The notes beneath the pieces are model-generated. The model was not told where the DNA came from. It did not search any database and was given only the letters and a program-made list of their open reading frames with translations. From Utricularia gibba (taxonomy: Eukaryota > Plantae > Magnoliophyta): 21,406 nucleotides of DNA. Both the position numbers and the translations under genes were made by a program. The DNA lies in contig NEEC01000087.1 in the NCBI GenBank assembly GCA_002189035.1, positions 1-21,406 on the forward strand. The letters are read 5' to 3'. This document shows positions 1-11,100 of the stretch, in pieces. Each line of letters begins with the position of its first letter. Position 1 is the first letter of the stretch.

Positions 1-411
1 AAGTAATATCATATGGAGTTACGTTTTTCCGATAACTGTGGACATATTAAAAACAACCTCAACGAAAAGTGTCTTCCGTGTCCTTCCTTGGTGGCTGCGT
101 TAATAATGTGCTTCTCGTTCTCGACATTGATGCAAATGGGATACACGGCAAAAGAATCAAATAGCCACTAGAGACATGGTGTATGGGAATGGTGCATCAA
201 GAATCAGAAGTATCATAGCAACTAATTGAATCAATCAACAGCCAAAACATATGGTGTCAAACTTCATCGGATATGCGATCAAGATGGAAAAAAGTCACAT
301 GTTACATCATGAATTTCGTGGCATCACTTATCCCAACACTGTTGTATACTCAGGATATGCGTAAATATTTATTTTTAACAAATCCGGTGCACGTGTGATT
401 TTTCGGCTGCA

Positions 412-517
412 TCCCGAATGGTGATGCGCAATGAAATGACTATGTCGCACATCCTGGTCCACGAAGCACCTCTTCGAAAACATGTAGAGCCTTACTCTTC
501 ATAGCACACCATTGGGA
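412..517 (+). repeat. Imperfect inverted repeat within each unit (14 bp paired, two single-base bulges)
   Basis: TCCCGAATGGTGATGC (412-427) versus GCACACCATTGGGA (504-517; reverse complement TCCCAATGGTGTGC). Confidence 0.6.
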
Positions 518-526
518 AGCTTTATT

Positions 527-557
527 CGTGCTCCAAGTAATATCATATGGAGTTACG
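527..557 (-). other. Short stem-loop with TGATATTAC in the loop, once per unit; candidate rolling-circle origin-like motif, function unproven
   Basis: Plus strand: CTCCA (531-535), 12-nt loop, TGGAG (548-552), extendable by CGT/ACG. The minus-strand loop reads TATGATATTACT. The inverted repeat is seen directly; the function is inference. Confidence 0.3.
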
Positions 558-2112
558 TTTTTCCGATAACTGTGGACATATTAAAAACAACCTCAACGAA
601 AAGTGTCTTCCGTGTCCTTCCTTGGTGGCTGCGTTTAAGAATGTGCTTCTCGTTCTCGACATTGATGCAAATGGGATACACGGCAAAAGAATCAAATAGC
701 CACTAGAGACATGGTGTATGGGAATGGTGCATCAAGAATCAGAAGTATCATAGCAACTAATTGAATCAATCAACAGCCAAAACATATGGTGTCAAACTTC
801 ATCGGATATGCGATCAAGATGGAAAAAAGTCACATGTTACATCATGAATTTCGTGGCATCACTTATCCCAACACTGTTGTATACTCAGGATATGCGTAAA
901 TATTTATTTTTAACAAATCCGGTGCACGTGTGATTTTTCGGCTGCATCCCGAATGGTGATGCGCAATGAAATGACTATGTCGCACATCCTGGTCCACGAA
1001 GCACCTCTTCGAAAATGTAGAGCCTTACTCTTCATAGCACACCATTGGGAAGCTTTATTCGTGCTCAAAGTAATATCATATGGAGTTACGTTTTTTCCGA
1101 TAACTGTGGACATATTAAAAACAACCTCAACGAAAAGTGTCTTCCGTGTCCTTCCTTGGTGGCTGCGTCTAAGAATGTGCTTCTCGTTCTCGACATTGAT
1201 GCAAATGGGATACACGGCAAAAGAATCAAATAGCCACTAGAGACATGGTGTATGGGAATGGTGCATCAAGAATCAGAAGTATCATAGCAACTAATTGAAT
1301 CAATCAACAGCCAAAACATATGGTGTCAAACTTCATCGGATATGCGATCAAGATGGAAAAAAGTCACATGTTACATCATGAATTTCGTGGCATCACTTAT
1401 CCCAACACTGTTGTATACTCAGGATATGCGTAAATATTTATTTTTAACAAATCCGGTGCACGTGTGATTTTTCGGCTGCATCCCGAATGGTGATGCGCAA
1501 TGAAATGACTATGTCGCACATCCTGGTCCACGAAGCACCTCTTCGAAACATGTAGAGCCTTACTCTTCATAGCACACCATTGGGAAGCTTTTTTCGTGCT
1601 CCAAGTAATATCATATGGAGTTACGTTTTTCCGATAACTGTGGACATATTAAAAACAACCTCAACGAAAAGTGTCTTCCGTGTCCTTCCTTGGTGGCTGC
1701 GTCTAAGAATGTGCTTCTCGTTCTCGACATTGATGCAAATGGGATACACGGCAAAAGAATCAAATAGCCACTAGAGACATGGTGTATGGGAATGGTGCAT
1801 CAAGAATCAGAAGTATCATAGCAACTAATTGAATCAATCAACAGCCAAAACATATGGTGTCAAACTTCATCGGATATGCGATCAAGATGGAAAAAAGTCA
1901 CATGTTACATCATGAATTTCGTGGCATCACTTATCCCAACACTGTTGTATACTCAGGATATGCGTAAATATTTATTTTTAACAAATCCGTGCACGTGTGA
2001 TTTTTCGGCTGCATCCCGAATGGTGATGCGCAATGAAATGACTATGTCGCACATCCTGGTCCACGAAGCACCTCTTCGAAACATGTAGAGCCTTACTCTT
2101 CATAGCACACCA

Positions 2113-5100
2113 TTGGGAAGCTTTATTCGTGCTCCAAGTAATATCATATGGAGTTACGTTTTCCGATAACTGTGGACATATTAAAAACAACCTCAACGAA
2201 AAGTGTCTTCCGTGTCCTTCCTTGGTGGCTGCGTCTAAGAATGTGCTTCTCGTTCTCGACATTGATGCAAATGGGATACACGGCAAAAGAATCAAATAGC
2301 CACTAGAGACATGGTGTATGGGAATGGTGCATCAAGAATCAGAAGTATCATAGCAACTAATTGAATCAATCAACAGCCAAAACATATGGTGTCAAACTTC
2401 ATCGGATATGCGATCAAGATGGAAAAAAGTCACATGTTACATCATGAATTTCGTGGCATCACTTATCCCAACACTGTTGTATACTCAGGATATGCGTAAA
2501 TATTTATTTTTAACAAATCCGGTGCACGTGTGATTTTTCGGCTGCATCCCGAATGGTGATGCGCAATGAAATGACTATGTCGCACATCCTGGTCCACGAA
2601 GCACCTCTTCGAAACATGTAGAGCCTTACTCTTCATAGCACACCATTGGGAAGCTTTATTCGTGCTCCAAGTAATATCATATGGAGTTACGTTTTTCCGA
2701 TAACTGTGGACATATTAAAAACAACCAACGAAAAGTGTCTTCCGTGTCCTTCCTTGGTGGCTGCGTCTAAGAATGTGCTTCTCGTTCTCGACATTGATGC
2801 AAATGGGATACACGGCAAAAGAATCAAATAGCCACTAGAGACATGGTGTATGGGAATGGTGCATCAAGAATCAGAAGTATCATAGCAACTAATTGAATCA
2901 ATCAACAGCCAAAACATATGGTGTCAAACTTCATCGGATATGCGATCAAGATGGAAAAAAGTCACATGTTACATCATGAATTTCGTGGCATCACTTATCC
3001 AACACTGTTGTATACTCAGGATATGCGTAAATATTTATTTTTAACAAATCCGGTGCACGTGTGATTTTTCGGCTGCATCCCGAATGGTGATGCGCAATGA
3101 AATGACTATGTCGCACATCCTGGTCCACGAAGCACCTCTTCGAAAACATGTAGAGCCTTACTCTTCATAGCACACCATTGGGAAGCTTTATTCGTGCTCC
3201 AAGTAATATCATATGGAGTTACGTTTTTCCGATAACTGTGGACATATTAAAAACAACCTCAACGAAAAGTGTCTTCCGTGTCCTTCCTTGGTGGCTGCGT
3301 CTAAGAATGTGCTTCTCGTTCTCGACATTGATGCAAATGGGATACACGGCAAAAGAATCAAATAGCCACTAGAGACATGGTGTATGGGAATGGTGCATCA
3401 AGAATCAGAAGTATCATAGCAACTAATTGAATCAATCAACAGCCAAAACATATGGTGTCAAACTTCATCGGATATGCGATCAAGATGGAAAAAAGTCACA
3501 TGTTACATCATGAATTTCGTGGCATCACTTATCCCAACACTGTTGTATACTCAGGATATGCGTAAATATTTATTTTTAACAAATCCGGTGCACGTGTGAT
3601 TTTTCGGCTGCATCCCGAATGGTGATGCGCAATGAAATGACTATGTCGCACATCCTGGTCCACGAAGCACCTCTTCGAAAACATGTAGAGCCTTACTCTT
3701 CATAGCACACCATTGGGAAGCTTTATTCGTGCTCCAAGTAATATCATATGGAGTTACGTTTTTCCGATAACTGTGGACATATTAAAAACAACCTCAACGA
3801 AAAGTGTCTTCCGTGTCCTTCCTTGGTGGCTGCGTCTAAGAATGTGCTTCTCGTTCTCGACATTGATGCAAATGGGATACACGGCAAAAGAATCAAATAG
3901 CCACTAGAGACATGGTGTATGGGAATGGTGCATCAAGAATCAGAAGTATCATAGCAACTAATTGAATCAATCAACAGCCAAAACATATGGTGTCAAACTT
4001 CATCGGATATGCGATCAAGATGGAAAAAAGTCACATGTTACATCATGAATTTCGTGGCATCACTTATCCCAACACTGTTGTATACTCAGGATATGCGTAA
4101 ATATTTATTTTTAACAAATCCGGTGCACGTGTGATTTTTCGGCTGCATCCCGAATGGTGATGCGCAATGAAATGACTATGTCGCACATCCTGGTCCACGA
4201 AGCACCTCTTCGAAAACATGTAGAGCCTTACTCTTCATAGCACACCATTGGGAAGCTTTATTCGTGCTCCAAGTAATATCATATGGAGTTACGTTTTCCG
4301 ATAACTGTGGACATATTAAAAACAACCTCAACGAAAAGTGTCTTCCGTGTCCTTCCTTGGTGGCTGCGTCTAAGAATGTGCTTCTCGTTCTCGACATTGA
4401 TGCAAATGGGATACACGGCAAAAGAATCAAATAGCCACTAGAGACATGGTGTATGGGAATGGTGCATCAAGAATCAGAAGTATCATAGCAACTAATTGAA
4501 TCAATCAACAGCCAAAACATATGGTGTCAAACTTCATCGGATATGCGATCAAGATGGAAAAAAGTCACATGTTACATCATGAATTTCGTGGCATCACTTA
4601 TCCCAACACTGTTGTATACTCAGGATATGCGTAAATATTTATTTTTAACAAATCCGGTGCACGTGTGATTTTTCGGCTGCATCCCGAATGGTGATGCGCA
4701 ATGAAATGACTATGTCGCACATCCTGGTCCACGAAGCACCTCTTCGAAAACATGTAGAGCCTTACTCTTCATAGCACACCATTGGGAAGCTTTATTCGTG
4801 CTCCAAGTAATATCATATGGAGTTACGTTTTTCCGATAACTGTGGACATATTAAAAACAACCTCAACGAAAAGTGTCTTCCGTGTCCTTCCTTGGTGGCT
4901 GCGTCTAAGAATGTGCTTCTCGTTCTCGACATTGATGCAAATGGGATACACGGCAAAAGAATCAAATAGCCACTAGAGACATGGTGTATGGGAATGGTGC
5001 ATCAAGAATCAGAAGTATCATAGCAACTAATTGAATCAATCAACAGCCAAAACATATGGTGTCAAACTTCATCGGATATGCGATCAAGATGGAAAAAAGT

Positions 5101-8100
5101 CACATGTTACATCATGAATTTCGTGGCATCACTTATCCCAACACTGTTGTATACTCAGGATATGCGTAAATATTTATTTTTAACAAATCCGGTGCACGTG
5201 TGATTTTTCGGCTGCATCCCGAATGGTGATGCGCAATGAAATGACTATGTCGCACATCCTGGTCCACGAAGCACCTCTTCGAAACATGTAGAGCCTTACT
5301 CTTCATAGCACACCATTGGGAAGCTTTATTCGTGCTCCAAGTAATATCATATGGAGTTACGTTTTTCCGATAACTGTGGACATATTAAAAACAACCTCAA
5401 CGAAAAGTGTCTTCCGTGTCCTTCCTTGGTGGCTGCGTCTAAGAATGTGCTTCTCGTTCTCGACATTGATGCAAATGGGATACACGGCAAAAGAATCAAA
5501 TAGCCACTAGAGACATGGTGTATGGGAATGGTGCATCAAGAATCAGAAGTATCATAGCAACTAATTGAATCAATCAACAGCCAAAACATATGGTGTCAAA
5601 CTTCATCGGATATGCGATCAAGATGGAAAAAAGTCACATGTTACATCATGAATTTCGTGGCATCACTTATCCCAACACTGTTGTATACTCAGGATATGCG
5701 TAAATATTTATTTTTAACAAATCCGGTGCACGTGTGATTTTTCGGCTGCATCCCGAATGGTGATGCGCAATGAAATGACTATGTCGCACATCCTGGTCCA
5801 CGAAGCACCTCTTCGAAACATGTAGAGCCTTACTCTTCATAGCACACCATTGGGAAGCTTTATTCGTGCTCCAAGTAATATCATATGGAGTTACGTTTTT
5901 CCGATAACTGTGGACATATTAAAAACAACCTCAACGAAAAGTGTCTTCCGTGTCCTTCCTTGGTGGCTGCGTCTAAGAATGTGCTTCTCGTTCTCGACAT
6001 TGATGCAAATGGGATACACGGCAAAAGAATCAAATAGCCACTAGAGACATGGTGTATGGGAATGGTGCATCAAGAATCAGAAGTATCATAGCAACTAATT
6101 GAATCAATCAACAGCCAAAACATATGGTGTCAAACTTCATCGGATATGCGATCAAGATGGAAAAAAGTCACATGTTACATCATGAATTTCGTGGCATCAC
6201 TTATCCCAACACTGTTGTATACTCAGGATATGCGTAAATATTTATTTTTAACAAATCCGGTGCACGTGTGATTTTTCGGCTGCATCCCGAATGGTGATGC
6301 GCAATGAAATGACTATGTCGCACATCCTGGTCCACGAAGCACCTCTTCGAAAACATGTAGAGCCTTACTCTTCATAGCACACCATTGGGAAGCTTTATTC
6401 GTGCTCCAAGTAATATCATATGGAGTTACGTTTTTCCGATAACTGTGGACATATTAAAAACAACCTCAACGAAAAGTGTCTTCCGTGTCCTTCCTTGGTG
6501 GCTGCGTCTAAGAATGTGCTTCTCGTTCTCGACATTGATGCAAATGGGATACACGGCAAAAGAATCAAATAGCCACTAGAGACATGGTGTATGGGAATGG
6601 TGCATCAAGAATCAGAAGTATCATAGCAACTAATTGAATCAATCAACAGCCAAAACATATGGTGTCAAACTTCATCGGATATGCGATCAAGATGGAAAAA
6701 AGTCACATGTTACATCATGAATTTCGTGGCATCACTTATCCCAACACTGTTGTATACTCAGGATATGCGTAAATATTTATTTTTAACAAATCCGGTGCAC
6801 GTGTGATTTTTCGGCTGCATCCCGAATGGTGATGCGCAATGAAATGACTATGTCGCACATCCTGGTCCACGAAGCACCTCTTCGAAAACATGTAGAGCCT
6901 TACTCTTCATAGCACACCATTGGGAAGCTTTATTCGTGCTCCAAGTAATATCATATGGAGTTACGTTTTTCCGATAACTGTGGACATATTAAAAACAACC
7001 TCAACGAAAAGTGTCTTCCGTGTCCTTCCTTGGTGGCTGCGTCTAAGAATGTGCTTCTCGTTCTCGACATTGATGCAAATGGGATACACGGCAAAAGAAT
7101 CAAATAGCCACTAGAGACATGGTGTATGGGAATGGTGCATCAAGAATCAGAAGTATCATAGCAACTAATTGAATCAATCAACAGCCAAAACATATGGTGT
7201 CAAACTTCATCGGATATGCGATCAAGATGGAAAAAAGTCACATGTTACATCATGAATTTCGTGGCATCACTTATCCCAACACTGTTGTATACTCAGGATA
7301 TGCGTAAATATTTATTTTTAACAAATCCGGTGCACGTGTGATTTTTCGGCTGCATCCCGAATGGTGATGCGCAATGAAATGACTATGTCGCACATCCTGG
7401 TCCACGAAGCACCTCTTCGAAAACATGTAGAGCCTTACTCTTCATAGCACACCATTGGGAAGCTTTATTCGTGCTCCAAGTAATATCATATGGAGTTACG
7501 TTTTTCCGATAACTGTGGACATATTAAAAACAACCTCAACGAAAAGTGTCTTCCGTGTCCTTCCTTGGTGGCTGCGTCTAAGAATGTGCTTCTCGTTCTC
7601 GACATTGATGCAAATGGGATACACGGCAAAAGAATCAAATAGCCACTAGAGACATGGTGTATGGGAATGGTGCATCAAGAATCAGAAGTATCATAGCAAC
7701 TAATTGAATCAATCAACAGCCAAAACATATGGTGTCAAACTTCATCGGATATGCGATCAAGATGGAAAAAAGTCACATGTTACATCATGAATTTCGTGGC
7801 ATCACTTATCCCAACACTGTTGTATACTCAGGATATGCGTAAATATTTATTTTTAACAAATCCGGTGCACGTGTGATTTTTCGGCTGCATCCCGAATGGT
7901 GATGCGCAATGAAATGACTATGTCGCACATCCTGGTCCACGAAGCACCTCTTCGAAAACATGTAGAGCCTTACTCTTCATAGCACACCATTGGGAAGCTT
8001 TATTCGTGCTCCAAGTAATATCATATGGAGTTACGTTTTTCCGATAACTGTGGACATATTAAAAACAACCTCAACGAAAAGTGTCTTCCGTGTCCTTCCT

Positions 8101-11100
8101 TGGTGGCTGCGTCTAAGAATGTGCTTCTCGTTCTCGACATTGATGCAAATGGGATACACGGCAAAAGAATCAAATAGCCACTAGAGACATGGTGTATGGG
8201 AATGGTGCATCAAGAATCAGAAGTATCATAGCAACTAATTGAATCAATCAACAGCCAAAACATATGGTGTCAAACTTCATCGGATATGCGATCAAGATGG
8301 AAAAAAGTCACATGTTACATCATGAATTTCGTGGCATCACTTATCCCAACACTGTTGTATACTCAGGATATGCGTAAATATTTATTTTTAACAAATCCGG
8401 TGCACGTGTGATTTTTCGGCTGCATCCCGAATGGTGATGCGCAATGAAATGACTATGTCGCACATCCTGGTCCACGAAGCACCTCTTCGAAAACATGTAG
8501 AGCCTTACTCTTCATAGCACACCATTGGGAAGCTTTATTCGTGCTCCAAGTAATATCATATGGAGTTACGTTTTTCCGATAACTGTGGACATATTAAAAA
8601 CAACCTCAACGAAAAGTGTCTTCCGTGTCCTTCCTTGGTGGCTGCGTCTAAGAATGTGCTTCTCGTTCTCGACATTGATGCAAATGGGATACACGGCAAA
8701 AGAATCAAATAGCCACTAGAGACATGGTGTATGGGAATGGTGCATCAAGAATCAGAAGTATCATAGCAACTAATTGAATCAATCAACAGCCAAAACATAT
8801 GGTGTCAAACTTCATCGGATATGCGATCAAGATGGAAAAAAGTCACATGTTACATCATGAATTTCGTGGCATCACTTATCCCAACACTGTTGTATACTCA
8901 GGATATGCGTAAATATTTATTTTTAACAAATCCGGTGCACGTGTGATTTTTCGGCTGCATCCCGAATGGTGATGCGCAATGAAATGACTATGTCGCACAT
9001 CCTGGTCCACGAAGCACCTCTTCGAAACATGTAGAGCCTTACTCTTCATAGCACACCATTGGGAAGCTTTATTCGTGCTCCAAGTAATATCATATGGAGT
9101 TACGTTTTTCCGATAACTGTGGACATATTAAAAACAACCTCAACGAAAAGTGTCTTCCGTGTCCTTCCTTGGTGGCTGCGTCTAAGAATGTGCTTCTCGT
9201 TCTCGACATTGATGCAAATGGATACACGGCAAAAGAATCAAATAGCCACTAGAGACATGGTGTATGGGAATGGTGCATCAAGAATCAGAAGTATCATAGC
9301 AACTAATTGAATCAATCAACAGCCAAAACATATGGTGTCAAACTTCATCGGATATGCGATCAAGATGGAAAAAAGTCACATGTTACATCATGAATTTCGT
9401 GGCATCACTTATCCCAACACTGTTGTATACTCAGGATATGCGTAAATATTTATTTTTAACAAATCCGGTGCACGTGTGATTTTTCGGCTGCATCCCGAAT
9501 GGTGATGCGCAATGAAATGACTATGTCGCACATCCTGGTCCACGAAGCACCTCTTCGAAAACATGTAGAGCCTTACTCTTCATAGCACACCATTGGGAAG
9601 CTTTATTCGTGCTCCAAGTAATATCATATGGAGTTACGTTTTTCCGATAACTGTGGACATATTAAAAACAACCTCAACGAAAAGTGTCTTCCGTGTCCTT
9701 CCTTGGTGGCTGCGTCTAAGAATGTGCTTCTCGTTCTCGACATTGATGCAAATGGGATACACGGCAAAAGAATCAAATAGCCACTAGAGACATGGTGTAT
9801 GGGAATGGTGCATCAAGAATCAGAAGTATCATAGCAACTAATTGAATCAATCAACAGCCAAAACATATGGTGTCAAACTTCATCGGATATGCGATCAAGA
9901 TGGAAAAAAGTCACATGTTACATCATGAATTTCGTGGCATCACTTATCCCAACACTGTTGTATACTCAGGATATGCGTAAATATTTATTTTTAACAAATC
10001 CGGTGCACGTGTGATTTTTCGGCTGCATCCCGAATGGTGATGCGCAATGAAATGACTATGTCGCACATCCTGGTCCACGAAGCACCTCTTCGAAAACATG
10101 TAGAGCCTTACTCTTCATAGCACACCATTGGGAAGCTTTATTCGTGCTCCAAGTAATATCATATGGAGTTACGTTTTTCCGATAACTGTGGACATATTAA
10201 AAACAACCTCAACGAAAAGTGTCTTCCGTGTCCTTCCTTGGTGGCTGCGTCTAAGAATGTGCTTCTCGTTCTCGACATTGATGCAAATGGGATACACGGC
10301 AAAAGAATCAAATAGCCACTAGAGACATGGTGTATGGGAATGGTGCATCAAGAATCAGAAGTATCATAGCAACTAATTGAATCAATCAACAGCCAAAACA
10401 TATGGTGTCAAACTTCATCGGATATGCGATCAAGATGGAAAAAAGTCACATGTTACATCATGAATTTCGTGGCATCACTTATCCCAACACTGTTGTATAC
10501 TCAGGATATGCGTAAATATTTATTTTTAACAAATCCGGTGCACGTGTGATTTTTCGGCTGCATCCCGAATGGTGATGCGCAATGAAATGACTATGTCGCA
10601 CATCCTGGTCCACGAAGCACCTCTTCGAAACATGTAGAGCCTTACTCTTCATAGCACACCATTGGGAAGCTTTATTCGTGCTCCAAGTAATATCATATGG
10701 AGTTACGTTTTCCGATAACTGTGGACATATTAAAAACAACCTCAACGAAAAGTGTCTTCCGTGTCCTTCCTTGGTGGCTGCGTCTAAGAATGTGCTTCTC
10801 GTTCTCGACATTGATGCAAATGGGATACACGGCAAAAGAATCAAATAGCCACTAGAGACATGGTGTATGGGAATGGTGCATCAAGAATCAGAAGTATCAT
10901 AGCAACTAATTGAATCAATCAACAGCCAAAACATATGGTGTCAAACTTCATCGGATATGCGATCAAGATGGAAAAAAGTCACATGTTACATCATGAATTT
11001 CGTGGCATCACTTATCCCAACACTGTTGTATACTCAGGATATGCGTAAATATTTATTTTTAACAAATCCGGTGCACGTGTGATTTTTCGGCTGCATCCCG

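Noticed and set aside
171-194. Kinetoplast minicircle CSB-3 or telomeric repeat (TGGTGTA)
   Set aside because: GGGGTTGGTGTA is absent, as are TTAGGG-type repeats.
232-260. Perfect TTGACA (-35) on the minus strand at 255-260
   Set aside because: No acceptable -10 hexamer at 16-18 bp spacing and no gene downstream.
261-275. Hammerhead ribozyme core (minus-strand CCGATGA) suggesting a viroid-like RNA
   Set aside because: It does not match CUGANGA and I could not build the three stems with a GAAA.
251-364. 37-aa mini-ORF containing YAIKME, reminiscent of a kinase VAIK motif
   Set aside because: Too short; no glycine-rich loop, HRD or DFG motif in frame.
350-366. CAG|GATATGC|GTAAAT resembles a 7-nt micro-exon with splice sites
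   Set aside because: Weak pyrimidine tract, no partner exons, and such short motifs are common.
294-395. GTCACATG matches budding-yeast CDEI (RTCACRTG), with a CCG ~80 bp downstream
   Set aside because: The intervening DNA is far from the >90% AT of CDEII and there is no proper CDEIII consensus.
382-414. Minus-strand GGATGC-N17-TGCACCGGAT has the same spacing as the 5' end of plant 5S rRNA as I recall it
   Set aside because: About 22 of 33 bases match, then similarity stops; no box A/box C or 3' half. Probably chance; an Rfam RF00001 scan would settle it.
512-706. Recurring 64-aa ORF (MGSFIRAPSN...KESNSH) as a multicopy gene
   Set aside because: TTG start with no Shine-Dalgarno-like motif upstream and no recognisable domain. 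It is broken in several units. Comparing the type B copy at 20486 gives one synonymous and five amino-acid-changing codons, so there is no sign of purifying selection.
1045-1233. Peptide VLLVLDIDAN resembling HAD motif I (DxDxT) or ParA-like VLLVDxD
   Set aside because: The T/V after DxD is missing, a stop follows within ten codons, and no other family motifs are present.
910-10844. Longer ORFs on both strands (83-121 aa, e.g. 910-1215, 953-1240, 1978-2295, 9059-9310, 10479-10844)
   Set aside because: They appear only where unit-specific indels fuse different frames of the repeat, and are absent from consensus units.
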